A stretch of DNA of 63,498 bases, filler included. It is 7 parts of 7 records of this genome, joined end to end, with 100 filler letters (N's around TTAATTAATTAA, not from the genome) between each part and the next. Parts side by side here need not be neighbours in the genome. Positions count along the whole stretch, not along the records: positions 44,502 to 58,383 come from SRR31156797_35048; positions 58,484 to 63,498 come from SRR31156797_35114; 5 more parts are not named here. One strand, 5' to 3'. The notes under the pieces are model-generated. The model was not told where the DNA came from, did no database searches, and was given only the letters and a program-made list of their open reading frames with translations. This document shows positions 51,257 through 61,288 of this stretch, piece after piece. Both the position numbers and the translations under genes were made by a program. Positions within the stretch are counted from its first letter, which is position 1; the number at the start of each line of letters is the position of its first letter.

Positions 51257-51982
51257 ATGGAATTTTTCGAATATACACAGGAAATTAAAACGAAACTACT
51301 TCACTTGGGTGCGGATTTGGCAGGGGTGGCTGATGTTGAGCCCTTAAAAGAGCTGAAGGTCAACCCGCCTGATTTACTGGATGGCTTTACGAGGGCCGTT
51401 TCCATGGCCGTTCAACTTCCCGTTTCCATCTTTGAAACCATACGGGACAAGCCCACGCCCATCTATAGCGCAACGTACCAGACCGCTAATGGCATTCTGG
51501 ATGAACTGGCATTTCGCGCATCCGTGCTCCTCCAAAAGCAAGGCTTTCACTCCCTCCCCATCCCGGCTTCCCAGGTCCTTGATAAAGAAAACTGGCACGC
51601 CGCCATCAGCCACAAGGCGGTGGGACGGATAGCCGGACTCGGATGGCAAGGGAAAAACCTTCTCCTCATAACCCCTCAATACGGGTCGAGAGTTCGTTTG
51701 GTCACGGTCCTTACGGAAGCGCCGCTCATAGCGGATACGCCGTTAAAGAACCGGTGCGGCAATTGCATGTTATGCCGCGATGCCTGTCCGGCAAAGGCAA
51801 TCAAAGGCGTGAACACATCGGATCACTACAAAAACAGGGATGAAGCCGTGCATCTTACCCTTTGTGCGGGAAAACTCACGGGCGAATATGCAAAACTGCC
51901 TGACATCGGCGCCCCCATTTGCGGCATCTGCATCAGGGTCTGCCCATTTGGCCGCAGGATAGGGAAGCGGGATTATGAGTAA
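51257..51982 (+). CDS. QueG-like double 4Fe-4S cluster protein
   Basis: GADLAGVA, SHKAVGRIAGLGWQGKN, GSRVRL, CGNCMLCRDACP, CGICIRVCP. Confidence 0.8.
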   Translation: MEFFEYTQEIKTKLLHLGADLAGVADVEPLKELKVNPPDLLDGFTRAVSMAVQLPVSIFETIRDKPTPIYSATYQTANGILDELAFRASVLLQKQGFHSLPIPASQVLDKENWHAAISHKAVGRIAGLGWQGKNLLLITPQYGSRVRLVTVLTEAPLIADTPLKNRCGNCMLCRDACPAKAIKGVNTSDHYKNRDEAVHLTLCAGKLTGEYAKLPDIGAPICGICIRVCPFGRRIGKRDYE

Positions 51983-52267
51983 TAAACGCTTTGGTCTCGG
52001 CGATGGTCTGGGCATAAGGGGACTAAACGGGTGCGTTATGGGATGAATCACTGCAGGCAAACAACAATACCAGACAACAGAGCAGGAAAACGCTTCGGCA
52101 AATTCGGGACATGGCATTCCTCCGGAAATTTTGGGTCGAAAAAAGGACCGCACGACACACAAAAGCAGTCATGAATTGCAATACAAACTCTATTTTTCCA
52201 AAACAAAAAGATATCGAAGTTCAGTTCCAACGGCAATCAATCCGAACCAATTATCATTTTGGAATAG

Positions 52268-52489
52268 TTAGTCCTTCCCTGGCCATTCAACGCCATCCTG
52301 TTCTTCAGAAAAGTAGCAGAATCTGTTCCACTCAAATTCTTTTAAAGAAACGGGGCATCGAAGTTTAACTTTACGTTCAGTCACATCCAGGACTTCCCAG
52401 TCTCCCTTTCGGGGGCCCCCCTCGATATAAATTTTCTGCCCTGCCTCAAAAGGATACGGCTTGAATATGATAACCCTGTGTTTAGCCAT
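52268..52489 (-). CDS. Small hypothetical protein
   Basis: ATG with AGGAGG RBS; MAKHRVIIFKPYPF..GDWEV..LRCP. Confidence 0.65.
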   Translation of the reverse strand: MAKHRVIIFKPYPFEAGQKIYIEGGPRKGDWEVLDVTERKVKLRCPVSLKEFEWNRFCYFSEEQDGVEWPGKD

Positions 52490-52752
52490 TGCATAAGCCT
52501 CCTGTAAACTGATCGATTCAGGTTCCCGAGGACGAAAACTTCGGTCCGGAGAAAAACCCAATTACCGTGAGAATCAGTCCCCACCATACCGAATGGTCAA
52601 ATATTTTCGCCTATTGGATAAACCTTGGGAAGAAAAATGTAAACTCTTTTTGCAGCGATTCCATTCTTAAAACTTGTGTTAACCGTTGGTACAGTGTGAT
52701 AATGGTATAAACATTATAATGCCCTGCTTTTTCGCACAGGGATTTTGGAGAA

Positions 52753-53331
52753 ATGATGATAAAAAAGAATTTTCACCCGGATAAAAAGCTCACCGCCGTT
52801 TGCGGGCTGTTCTGCCCGGCCTGTACCTTGTTTATCGGTACGGCGGAAAAGGAACCGCAGAGGCTGAAAGCCGTTGCGGATGTTTATCAAACACCCCCCG
52901 ATGTATGGGAATGTCACGGATGCCGTTCGGAAAAGCGCAGTTACTTCTGCAAGAATGAATGCAAAATGGTTGAATGCGCCAGTGAGAGAGGAATCGATTT
53001 TTGTGCGGAATGCGACGAATACCCATGTGATGAATTACGCGCATTCAAGGAAAAACGGCCCCACAGAATTGAGTTGTGGGAAAATCAGGAACGGATCAAA
53101 ACGGTGGGATACGCCCAATGGTTTGCAGAAATGGTTGCCCATTATGCCTGCCCCCGGTGCGGAACCATCAACTCCGCCTATGATCTTACGTGCCGGACAT
53201 GTGGATCAGAACCGAGTTGCGCCTATGTTGATCGGCATAAAAGTGAAATTCTCTCCTATTTGTCGAAAAAGAAAGGTGAGGCCAAAGGAAAAAACACCTA
53301 CCCCTCACACAAAAACCGAAGAAACCGCTGA
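52753..53331 (+). CDS. DUF3795-like Cys-rich protein
   Basis: CGLFCPAC, CHGC, FCAECDEYPC, CPRCG, CRTCG. Confidence 0.8.
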   Translation: MMIKKNFHPDKKLTAVCGLFCPACTLFIGTAEKEPQRLKAVADVYQTPPDVWECHGCRSEKRSYFCKNECKMVECASERGIDFCAECDEYPCDELRAFKEKRPHRIELWENQERIKTVGYAQWFAEMVAHYACPRCGTINSAYDLTCRTCGSEPSCAYVDRHKSEILSYLSKKKGEAKGKNTYPSHKNRRNR

Positions 53332-53972
53332 AAAACCGCACCTACCTTTTCCCGTTCCGAGAGAATAATCTCCTCCTTTTCGTCTAAAGACAACGGCAGG
53401 TCGATCCCTTTTAGTAGGCGGATCTGCAGTTGAATCTGTCGCCCATTCTCTTCCTCAAGTTCAAACAGGAGCCGGGTATAGTTATTCTCCGGAAGATCGA
53501 GAACCAGCGGCGAGGTTCGGATCTCCGACAGTAATGCATGGCTGAAAGCCAGAAACGCATATAATTGCACAGCCGTATCATCCATGGCAAAGTTCAGGCT
53601 GAAATGCTTCAGCAGATCTGTCCTGGCCGAGAAGTAAAAGGCGATTTCCCAGTACTTCACATAGACGAACGGATCCCATGTCCATTTTGTGGCTCTCCCA
53701 AGGAGGGTGCTTAACTCCGAATTCCTGTAGAGCTGCTGATGGAAAAACTTGTACGGAAGCCAATCCATGTTTTGATAGGCAACCTTGGGTAGAATAAGAG
53801 AATTGGCAAGTTGCGTGCTCTGCAGGAAAAGTGTAATCTTGGTCTGCTCCATTTCACCAAGGCCACGGTTCTTCAGATGCCTCGCCGCCCTTGCCAGCGC
53901 TGTTGTCAATTCATCTTCACGGTTTTTTTCTTCAGAACCCGGACCCTTATTGTCCCTTTCATTGTCTGCCAT
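53298..53972 (-). CDS. Hypothetical helical protein, last gene of the hydrolase run
   Basis: Long ORF co-oriented with the hydrolases; 3' end overlaps the DUF3795-like gene. Confidence 0.6.
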   Translation of the reverse strand: MADNERDNKGPGSEEKNREDELTTALARAARHLKNRGLGEMEQTKITLFLQSTQLANSLILPKVAYQNMDWLPYKFFHQQLYRNSELSTLLGRATKWTWDPFVYVKYWEIAFYFSARTDLLKHFSLNFAMDDTAVQLYAFLAFSHALLSEIRTSPLVLDLPENNYTRLLFELEEENGRQIQLQIRLLKGIDLPLSLDEKEEIILSEREKVGAVFQRFLRFLCEG

Positions 53973-54041
53973 GGCCCCCCCTGGGCGGAAAGCGGATATG
54001 TCGTTCAAACTCTTGCAGGTTTTGCGTTTGCCGCCTTTTCA

Positions 54042-54986
54042 TTACCTGTTCTTCTTTTTGGTTTTCTCTTTATTAATTATGGGGATGGCTCTCGTGTGAT
54101 CCCCTTCACAGGGGAAGAGGACATCTTCCGAATCCTCATCATCCGTTGCGATCCATACGGATTGATCGCCCATCCAGGTGTCACTCTCCACCCCGTGAAC
54201 AAAAAGGTCAAATATTCTGTTTGTGATCATCGGATATTCGATGGTAAAGGCATGATAGGCATGCTGAACAATAATAAGTTTTGAATTGGCGATGTTCAAT
54301 CGCATCAATTCGTGACACCATCTTGGGGTCAGATAGTCATGCTCTCCGTTTAAAATGATGGTGGGAACCTTGATCTTTTTCAGCTCCGGGGTGAAGCTTT
54401 TAAAACTGTTGATGGACTCCATGAGGTTCTGAATGGCGTATAGATCATTTCGGGCCAATGAAAGCTTGCGGAGGGCTTTCAGCTCCGCTTCATGCTCCTT
54501 TAAGTATTTCGGACTCAGGTTCACGGGCAACAACATATCCAGTAACATATTGAGGCCTACACGGGTTAATCCCCGGTACAGATTCACGCCCATCTGCCAG
54601 AGACGGTGATCCATCTCCGTAAACGCGCTCATTACAATGAGACCCCTGCACTGTTCCGGATAACGGATCCCGAACTGCAGTGTTGTTACGCCGCCGAAGG
54701 AGATCCCGGATATATAGGCCCCGTCCACCTGAATATGCTTCAAAAGATTATGCAATACATCGGCGTTCTCATTAAAGTTGATGTCCAGTATCGGTTTGAA
54801 GCTTCTCCCCTGCCCCAGAAGATCGAATGTGAGGGTCCGATATCCGATCTTGTTCAGATAATCGGTCTGGATTCCCCACAGGGCGGTGCTCTGGGTCAGG
54901 CCATTTACAAATACGATTAAGGGCTTATCCCGTTTTCCATTTAATTCATAATAGATATTGTGTTTCTTGTACTTCATGTACGGCAT
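54042..54986 (-). CDS. Alpha/beta hydrolase (enol-lactonase-like)
   Basis: FVNGL, DLLGQGRS, GISFGG, GEHDYLTP, AYHA. Confidence 0.88.
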   Translation of the reverse strand: MPYMKYKKHNIYYELNGKRDKPLIVFVNGLTQSTALWGIQTDYLNKIGYRTLTFDLLGQGRSFKPILDINFNENADVLHNLLKHIQVDGAYISGISFGGVTTLQFGIRYPEQCRGLIVMSAFTEMDHRLWQMGVNLYRGLTRVGLNMLLDMLLPVNLSPKYLKEHEAELKALRKLSLARNDLYAIQNLMESINSFKSFTPELKKIKVPTIILNGEHDYLTPRWCHELMRLNIANSKLIIVQHAYHAFTIEYPMITNRIFDLFVHGVESDTWMGDQSVWIATDDEDSEDVLFPCEGDHTRAIPIINKEKTKKKNR

Positions 54987-55011
54987 GATAAACCCTTCCC
55001 TTGTTCAATCC

Positions 55012-55869
55012 CTATGTTGACTGGAAATACGCTTTGAAGAACCTGGCGAATCTGTCGGGATCTTCCACATTGAGGGAATGCCCCACACCCGAGACAACCC
55101 GAAACTCACAGTTGGGAATCCGATCCGCCATCTCTTCCATATGTGCCTTTGGGATCCAGAGATCTCTGTCACCCCACAGGATCAGATGGGGATGTCCCAT
55201 TTCCCCTTGTCTATTTCTTAACGCTCCCGACCTGTATTCTTTTGTGAGATTAAAGGGTGTACCCATCCAGATACCGACGCTGTTTTGCATGGCCTTGTCG
55301 ATCAGAAGGTTATAGAGCGATTTTTGATCCTCTGACGTACCGGCGCTAAATTGCGGCGTTCTGCCGGATTCCAGGGATTCAGCCTGGAAGAGGGAAGGGG
55401 CCGCCGTGGCCATTACGGCATAGGTCATGTCCCTGCTATGCATCATGGATTGAAAGAGCCCCATATTCTCTTCCAGATCGAGCCCCATGGGCCCCACCGG
55501 ATCCAGACAGAAGACTTTGTCAAAAATTCCCGGTTCCATGAGCAGCATGTGGGTACAGATGATCCCTCCCGTGGAATGGTTGGCCAAATGGCATCTCTTT
55601 ATACCCAGTGCCTTGATGGCGTGGATCATATCCGTAGCGTGTTGCCCCATGGAATAGTTGCCGTAACCTGCATCCGGTTCCGGTTTTTCCGAATCCCCGC
55701 AACCCCGCCAGTCAAAGGCATAAACATGTAAATTTTCCGGGAGTTTCGGCCATACCAGATCCATCCATTCGACACAGCCCAGATTCCCGTGGACAAAAAC
55801 AATAACATTGTCGCCGGAGCCGTGTTCCACGTAGTGCAGTTTAACATCGCCTGCTTGTACGGTAGGCAT
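55012..55869 (-). CDS. Alpha/beta hydrolase
   Basis: FVHGN, DWRGCGDS, NHSTGG, WGDRD, GVGHS. Confidence 0.88.
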   Translation of the reverse strand: MPTVQAGDVKLHYVEHGSGDNVIVFVHGNLGCVEWMDLVWPKLPENLHVYAFDWRGCGDSEKPEPDAGYGNYSMGQHATDMIHAIKALGIKRCHLANHSTGGIICTHMLLMEPGIFDKVFCLDPVGPMGLDLEENMGLFQSMMHSRDMTYAVMATAAPSLFQAESLESGRTPQFSAGTSEDQKSLYNLLIDKAMQNSVGIWMGTPFNLTKEYRSGALRNRQGEMGHPHLILWGDRDLWIPKAHMEEMADRIPNCEFRVVSGVGHSLNVEDPDRFARFFKAYFQST

Positions 55870-55889
55870 TCTCTTTCCTCCTGCTTGAT

Positions 55890-57194
55890 CTATTTTGAGA
55901 ACACTTTTATGAATTTACCCAAACTCTTTTCATTTTGTGAGTAACCGAGACCAGCTTCTTTGAAGAAAGGTAAAATTTCATTTTGAACCAGATGGGGCGC
56001 CCGAAAGATGGAATAATGGGCCAACGGGTGTTCATAGGAAGCGATTTTTGCTCCCGGTATCTTCTCCGCCGTCCATTTGACGGTCTTGAAAATCACCCAG
56101 AGATCGTTTGTGGCGTGAACGATGAGCGTTTTGGCTTTGATTCGGTGAAGTTGGTCATCAATATCATAGTTAAGACAGGTTCTATTCCGGACAATGATAT
56201 CATTTGCATCAAGATCTTTCCGTCTTTTGAGATATCTCCCTTCATTTTTTTTGGGTTCCCAGGCAAAAACATACGGCAGGACCTCTTCCTCCCAGTCTTC
56301 TTCCACGCGATAATCGAAATCGTGGGCCGTAAGTTCCAGAATCGACCAGGCAAACATAAGGCCCTTTTTGGGGTGCCATTCCTTGGGAAGGTGATAGTAC
56401 TCCCCTTTGGTTTGCCGCCATACGGGATCGCTTTTTACCGCCTCATCCATGAGCATGAAAGTCCATCGCGCCACATTATCCGGAGATGAATTGGCACCGA
56501 TGGGGAGAATGGCTTCCACAAAGTCCGGATGAAGAATGCTCCAAACATAACAGAGTGCGCCTCCCATGGAGCCCCCCGTGGCGAGTTTTATTCGACCGAC
56601 GTTCAGCCTGTCTCTTAAAAGACGGTAATTGGCCTGAACAATGTCCATATAGGAATAATCGGGGAATTTCAGCCCCAGTCCGTCGCTCGGCTTACTGGCG
56701 CCCCACAATCCCAGGGAGTCCAGAAAAACCACATAATACTTTTCCGTATCGATCAGTTTCCCCGGACCCACAACGGCGCCTTGGGAAAATTCAGTTCCGG
56801 GTTGTCCCTCATACCAGAAGAAAACCATATCGCTGGCGTCTCCGGCGTAGTATGAATTGATGACGACGGCATTGATGATTTTCCCATCCTTATCGCGTTT
56901 GGGTCTCCCCACGGCAATATAGGCCACACGCAGCGGTGCCTCCCCCAGGGATTCCAGGGTGATGCCCCCTTCTCCGCCAAATTCATAAGAGGCTTCATCG
57001 CCGAACTTGTAGGCGCCGCCCAGTTTAAAACCGGGGATGGAAAAAAAATGCTTCAGGTGATGAAGGCTCTGCCTTGACGAAAACGGCGTGACGGGTTCGG
57101 CTGAATAACTGATTTCGTGAAGGATTAAAAAGGAGAAGAGAAAAACGGGCCATACGGTTCGCCTCAGTATGTTCTTATGAAATGCCTTTTTCAT
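55890..57194 (-). CDS. Secreted MetX-like alpha/beta hydrolase
   Basis: Signal peptide; GPGKLIDTEKYYVV, GASKPS, GGSMGG, NDLW, AHY. Confidence 0.85.
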   Translation of the reverse strand: MKKAFHKNILRRTVWPVFLFSFLILHEISYSAEPVTPFSSRQSLHHLKHFFSIPGFKLGGAYKFGDEASYEFGGEGGITLESLGEAPLRVAYIAVGRPKRDKDGKIINAVVINSYYAGDASDMVFFWYEGQPGTEFSQGAVVGPGKLIDTEKYYVVFLDSLGLWGASKPSDGLGLKFPDYSYMDIVQANYRLLRDRLNVGRIKLATGGSMGGALCYVWSILHPDFVEAILPIGANSSPDNVARWTFMLMDEAVKSDPVWRQTKGEYYHLPKEWHPKKGLMFAWSILELTAHDFDYRVEEDWEEEVLPYVFAWEPKKNEGRYLKRRKDLDANDIIVRNRTCLNYDIDDQLHRIKAKTLIVHATNDLWVIFKTVKWTAEKIPGAKIASYEHPLAHYSIFRAPHLVQNEILPFFKEAGLGYSQNEKSLGKFIKVFSK

Positions 57195-57290
57195 TGGATC
57201 CCTTGAAAAAAACCCGCCCGAGATGCATGAAAAAGTTGGAAAAGCGTATCCTTATGGGGATCCGCTTTTCCAACTTTTGTTTTCAGCGCC

Positions 57291-58382
57291 TTATTTGGAA
57301 AAGGCGCCCTTTTTCTTGAATCCGGACGCTGCTTTCTTGGATTGGGCGGCGATTTTCTTTTTTCCACCCAGGAATTGGGCGATCTCTTTGTCAAGTCTTT
57401 CCGGCACCTGAAAAACGGCATAATGGGCCAAAGCGCTTTCGAAACTGATGATTCTTGCGCCCGGGATTGCCGCCGCGGCCTTCTCCGCCCTGCTGTAAAT
57501 CAACCACTGATCATTCTTGATATGGATAACCAGGGTTCTGGCCTTGATTTTATGGAGAACCGGATAAATATCATAATCACTCCACTTCATGTTGCGGTAC
57601 CATAGATCGGCCGCATCATAAGCCTTGGCTTTGCTGTTGCACCAGGCAAGTTTTTCCAAAGGGACGTCCCATCGAAACACCTTGGGCGCCACCTTTTCCC
57701 AGGGCGTATTGGCCGTCAGGTCAAAGGAAAGGCCCGTATGGGCCAGGATGGACCAGTTGAACGCAACCCCCTGATTGGGGTGCTGCGCCTTGGGAAGATG
57801 GTAATAGTTACCCGGTTTGTCTTTGTATTTCCGCCATACGGGATCACTTTCCAAACCGTCGGTAGCCAGAGCAAAGAGCCAGCCCCCCACCGGATCATGC
57901 CCCCCGGCAGTGGCGCCGATGGGCATAATGGCCGCCACATATTCGGGATGGAGGAGCCCCCATACGTAGGCCTGGGTTCCTCCCATGGAAATACCGGTGG
58001 AGAGTACCACTTTGCCCACTTTCAGGTGGTCTTTGAGCAATCGGTAGTTCAGTTGGACCATGTCGTAATAGGAGTACCGGGGGAATTTGGTTCCGAGGCC
58101 CTGGCTCGGTTTGCTGGCCCCCCAAAGCCCCAGGGCATCCACCATGATTACAAAATACTTGTCCGTATCAAAGAGCAGCCCTTTTCCGATGGTGGGATTT
58201 TTAGACAAGGCCCTTCCGCCGCCATGATCATACCAGAAAAAATACATGGAGGATGAATCACCGGAATAATAGCTGTTGATCACGATGGCGTTGATGATCT
58301 CACCCTTGGCATTCCGTTTGGGGGTTCCCACGGCGATATAAGCGGTTTTAGCCGGTCCGGCGCCCAGGGACTCCAGGGTGAC
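57291..58382 (-). CDS. MetX-like alpha/beta hydrolase paralog (5' truncated)
   Basis: Open to the contig edge; FDTDKYFVI, GASKPS, GISMGG, NDQW, AHY; clearly similar to 55890-57194. Confidence 0.85.
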   Translation of the reverse strand, partial: VTLESLGAGPAKTAYIAVGTPKRNAKGEIINAIVINSYYSGDSSSMYFFWYDHGGGRALSKNPTIGKGLLFDTDKYFVIMVDALGLWGASKPSQGLGTKFPRYSYYDMVQLNYRLLKDHLKVGKVVLSTGISMGGTQAYVWGLLHPEYVAAIMPIGATAGGHDPVGGWLFALATDGLESDPVWRKYKDKPGNYYHLPKAQHPNQGVAFNWSILAHTGLSFDLTANTPWEKVAPKVFRWDVPLEKLAWCNSKAKAYDAADLWYRNMKWSDYDIYPVLHKIKARTLVIHIKNDQWLIYSRAEKAAAAIPGARIISFESALAHYAVFQVPERLDKEIAQFLGGKKKIAAQSKKAASGFKKKGAFSK

Positions 58383-58383
58383 G

Positions 58384-58483
58384 NNNNNNNNNNNNNNNNN
58401 NNNNNNNNNNNNNNNNNNNNNNNNNNNTTAATTAATTAANNNNNNNNNNNNNNNNNNNNNNNNNNNNNNNNNNNNNNNNNNNN
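58384..58483. other. Artificial contig linker
   Basis: N-TTAATTAATTAA-N. Confidence 0.98.
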
Positions 58484-58881
58484 TCGAAGTCCTTTTGTTT
58501 GAGCTTCTCGAAGACGGCCTCGCGCAGCGATTGTCGGTCCTCGTCACGGAAGGCGATCGCCTTGACGGGCTCGCTGATGCGCGTGCTGTGATTGATCTGG
58601 TTGAGCCCGTTGCGGATATTCTCGAGCGCCTTGGTCGCCTCTTCCATCTTGGCGCTGCTGTCACGCAGTGCGCCGACGATTCCGGAGACCTGGGAAAGGA
58701 TGGTCAGCAGGGCGATCAGGAAGATCAGAGAGCCGAGCAGGAATACGAGGTTGCGCACGGCGGCCGTTTGCTCGAAGATGTTGGTCGACAACGCGAGCGC
58801 CACAACGCTGACAAGGGTGATACCGATGACAACGATGTGCCACTTGAATTGCCACAACTGGCTGTCTTTCTGGGAGCTCAT
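58484..58881 (-). CDS. Hypothetical two-TM plus coiled-coil protein (3' truncated)
   Basis: AGGAGA RBS; two hydrophobic helices; consensus-like promoter upstream. Confidence 0.7.
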
Positions 58882-58931
58882 GTGTCTTCTCTCCTACTGG
58901 GTCGAAAACCGCATTACAGCCAACACCCTCC

Positions 58932-58960
58932 ATTATAGATATCGGCCATTCTAACGTCAA
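58932..58960 (-). promoter_or_regulatory. Sigma70-type promoter
   Basis: Minus strand TTGACG-17 nt-TATAAT, about 50 nt upstream of ATG 58881. Confidence 0.75.
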
Positions 58961-59134
58961 TCTAATAGACCGTGGCGTTTCAAACAGACCGAGTCCCAAA
59001 GAACAGGACGCTTGAGAGGCCTGGTTTATTCTAGCAGACACGGAATTTGGTGGCACCCTTCAGGGACGCTGGTGAGCCGGGAAGGCGGAGTGGAGAGCTG
59101 CGTGCCCCTTTGATTCGAGCATTGAGGACATGAA

Positions 59135-59168
59135 AAAAGAGCCGAAGTTGCGACCCTTCGGCTCTTTT
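59135..59168. terminator. Bidirectional-type intrinsic terminator
   Basis: AAAAGAGCCGAAG-TTGCGACC-CTTCGGCTCTTTT, a perfect 13-bp stem; downstream of the cupin gene. Confidence 0.75.
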
Positions 59169-59349
59169 AGAGACAGCTTTTCCACTACTGAAAATAGAGC
59201 AAAGTTATGATCTAAACAGCTGTCTCATGAACCAAGATATAGAAGAAAAGAGCACACGACCACACACCCTATTATACCGCGCCTGGCAGTTTGGGCAAGG
59301 AACTTTTTGGCGTGGCGCGGCGGTCGCCTGGCCGCGTGAGCCCGCCTTG

Positions 59350-59685
59350 TCAGTCGAGACTGGCCGGTGCGACGCAATAGATGTAGGCCAGGGGGGCTGA
59401 GCCGGTGTTTTCGACATCGTGGAGCGTCCTGGGGGGAATGTAGGCCACCTTGCCGGCGCCGACGATAAGGTGGTCGCTGTCGCCGATATGCACTTTTCCC
59501 TCACCGGCCAGGAAGACCAAGTGCTCCTCGTTGTCCTTCGTGCTGTGCTGGCCACATGACTTACCGGCTTCGAGGTAGACGCGGCCCGATTTCATGCCGT
59601 GCGTTTCCGGCACGCCCGGCAGCAGTCTCTGGAATTCCGGCTCATCGTTCAGCGTAACCGAAAAGGCCTTTCTTAATGACGCCAT
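59350..59685 (-). CDS. Cupin domain protein
   Basis: HSTKDNEEHLVFLAGEG, YIPPRTLHDVENTG. Confidence 0.88.
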   Translation of the reverse strand: MASLRKAFSVTLNDEPEFQRLLPGVPETHGMKSGRVYLEAGKSCGQHSTKDNEEHLVFLAGEGKVHIGDSDHLIVGAGKVAYIPPRTLHDVENTGSAPLAYIYCVAPASLD

Positions 59686-59848
59686 TAGTTCTCCTTATAA
59701 AAAAGCTGTGTTCACGCATTTTCAGTGCTGTAAATATGGGTTCGGCCGATTTCTGTCAACCGCCTTTGTTGATTTGCGGACGAGATTGGGCTACTCTTGG
59801 CCGAGCCGCTACGGGGTGAAACGTTGGTTTTTGGAGAACTCGGGCACT

Positions 59849-60568
59849 GTGACGCAGGAACTCAGAACACTTATACTGACCGCCGCTTCGATCGGTTTCT
59901 TTCATACGCTTTTCGGGCCGGACCACTATCTACCCTTCATCATGATGGCGTGGGCGCGACAATGGTCTGCCGCCAGGACCGCAGTGATCACCGTCATCTG
60001 CGCCGTGGGGCACATCGCCAGTTCAATTGTTCTCGGGCTGATCGGCGTCTTCTTCGGCCTAGCCCTCAAGGGGCTGGTAGGGACCGAATCGGTGCGGGGC
60101 GATCTGGCCGCGTGGCTGCTGACGGCCTTTGGCCTGGCGTATCTGATCTGGGGCATCAGATTGGTCTATCGCCGTCATCCGCATCAGCACCGACACCCGC
60201 ATTTGTCCGATGCCGAGCATCCGCACCAGCACGTGCACACCCATCTCGGGGAGCATGCCCACGTTCACGACAAGGAATCGGCCAAGACCGTCACGCCGTG
60301 GGTGCTATTCGTGATCTTCGTCTTTGGCCCGTGTGAGCCGCTCATTCCGCTGCTGATGTACCCTGCGGCCGAGAGCGGAACGCTCGACCTGCTCGTCGTG
60401 ACGGCTGTTTTCGGCATTGTCACGACGGCGACCATGCTCACGGCCGTGCTGCTCGGCCGGGCCGGCGTCGATTTCCTGCCCCTGAAGAAGGTTCAGCGCT
60501 ACAGCCACGCCCTGGCCGGCGGGAGTATCCTGCTCTGCGGTCTGGCCATTCTCTTTCTGGGGCTTTAG
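59849..60568 (+). CDS. His-rich membrane protein, RcnA/UreH-like nickel/cobalt transporter family
   Basis: GTG start after GGAGA; FHTLFGPDHYLPF, His-rich loop, FVFGPCEPLIP. Confidence 0.8.
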   Translation: MTQELRTLILTAASIGFFHTLFGPDHYLPFIMMAWARQWSAARTAVITVICAVGHIASSIVLGLIGVFFGLALKGLVGTESVRGDLAAWLLTAFGLAYLIWGIRLVYRRHPHQHRHPHLSDAEHPHQHVHTHLGEHAHVHDKESAKTVTPWVLFVIFVFGPCEPLIPLLMYPAAESGTLDLLVVTAVFGIVTTATMLTAVLLGRAGVDFLPLKKVQRYSHALAGGSILLCGLAILFLGL

Positions 60569-60711
60569 ACGGTCTCCCAGCGCCGACGCTCCCCCTTTAT
60601 CACCTGCCCGACGAACTCCTTCGGCAGAGGAACGCCGGCGGCGGACAGTCGGGAACCGAGCAGTGGCCGTCTGGCCGTGACACCCGTGGGTGGCGCAAGC
60701 GGCGATCCTGG

Positions 60712-61281
60712 TTACCGGAGATCGCAGGTCATCATACGGTCCAGCAGGACCAGCGCATCGTGAGGGCCGACCAGGGCTTCGACATTGGCCGTCCCCGCCA
60801 CCAACTCGGGAATCGCTGAGAGTTCCTGCCAGGCGCGCTGAAGCGCCGCCGTATGCTCGAGGTCGTTCGGAGGTGGGCCGAGCAGGTGTCTGGTCTTGGC
60901 GACCGCCACGAGTTGACGCGTCATGCGTTCGGCGTCAGCTATGCGTTCCTGGTCCTTGTGGATAGTGCTCGCGGTGAGCCCGGCCCCTTCGCGGAGGACG
61001 TGGCCGGCGGTGGCCTGTCGGATCTTCCGACGCGTTGGCCGGCCCTGGAGCTGAATCTTCTCGGGTAGGAGCCCGCCCTCGGCCGAGGCCAGCAGCGACC
61101 GCAACGCGGCGACACTTCCTGCCTGCGGCATTCGGTTCCTCTCCATGATCTGTTCCAGCTGCGACAGCCACTCGCGGGCCGCATCCGGAAAGCTCGCATC
61201 CCCGCGCTCCTGCCGGTCAATGAGCTTCGGAAGCCGGAGCAGCAAGCTCTGAATTTCTTCGAGATTGACGATGCGCAGCAT
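60712..61281 (-). CDS. Hypothetical helical protein
   Basis: Starts 7 nt after the upstream stop; GC-rich, like the surrounding genes. Confidence 0.65.
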   Translation of the reverse strand: MLRIVNLEEIQSLLLRLPKLIDRQERGDASFPDAAREWLSQLEQIMERNRMPQAGSVAALRSLLASAEGGLLPEKIQLQGRPTRRKIRQATAGHVLREGAGLTASTIHKDQERIADAERMTRQLVAVAKTRHLLGPPPNDLEHTAALQRAWQELSAIPELVAGTANVEALVGPHDALVLLDRMMTCDLR

Positions 61282-61288
61282 AGGCGGC

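Noticed and set aside
59043-59060. T-box-like or tRNA-end-like GGTGGCACC
   Set aside because: No downstream same-strand amino-acid gene, no antiterminator, and no tRNA T-arm or cloverleaf.
59594-59848. Long N-terminal extension of the metal transporter ORF
   Set aside because: It overlaps the divergent cupin gene; GTG at 59849 has an RBS and matches the family start.
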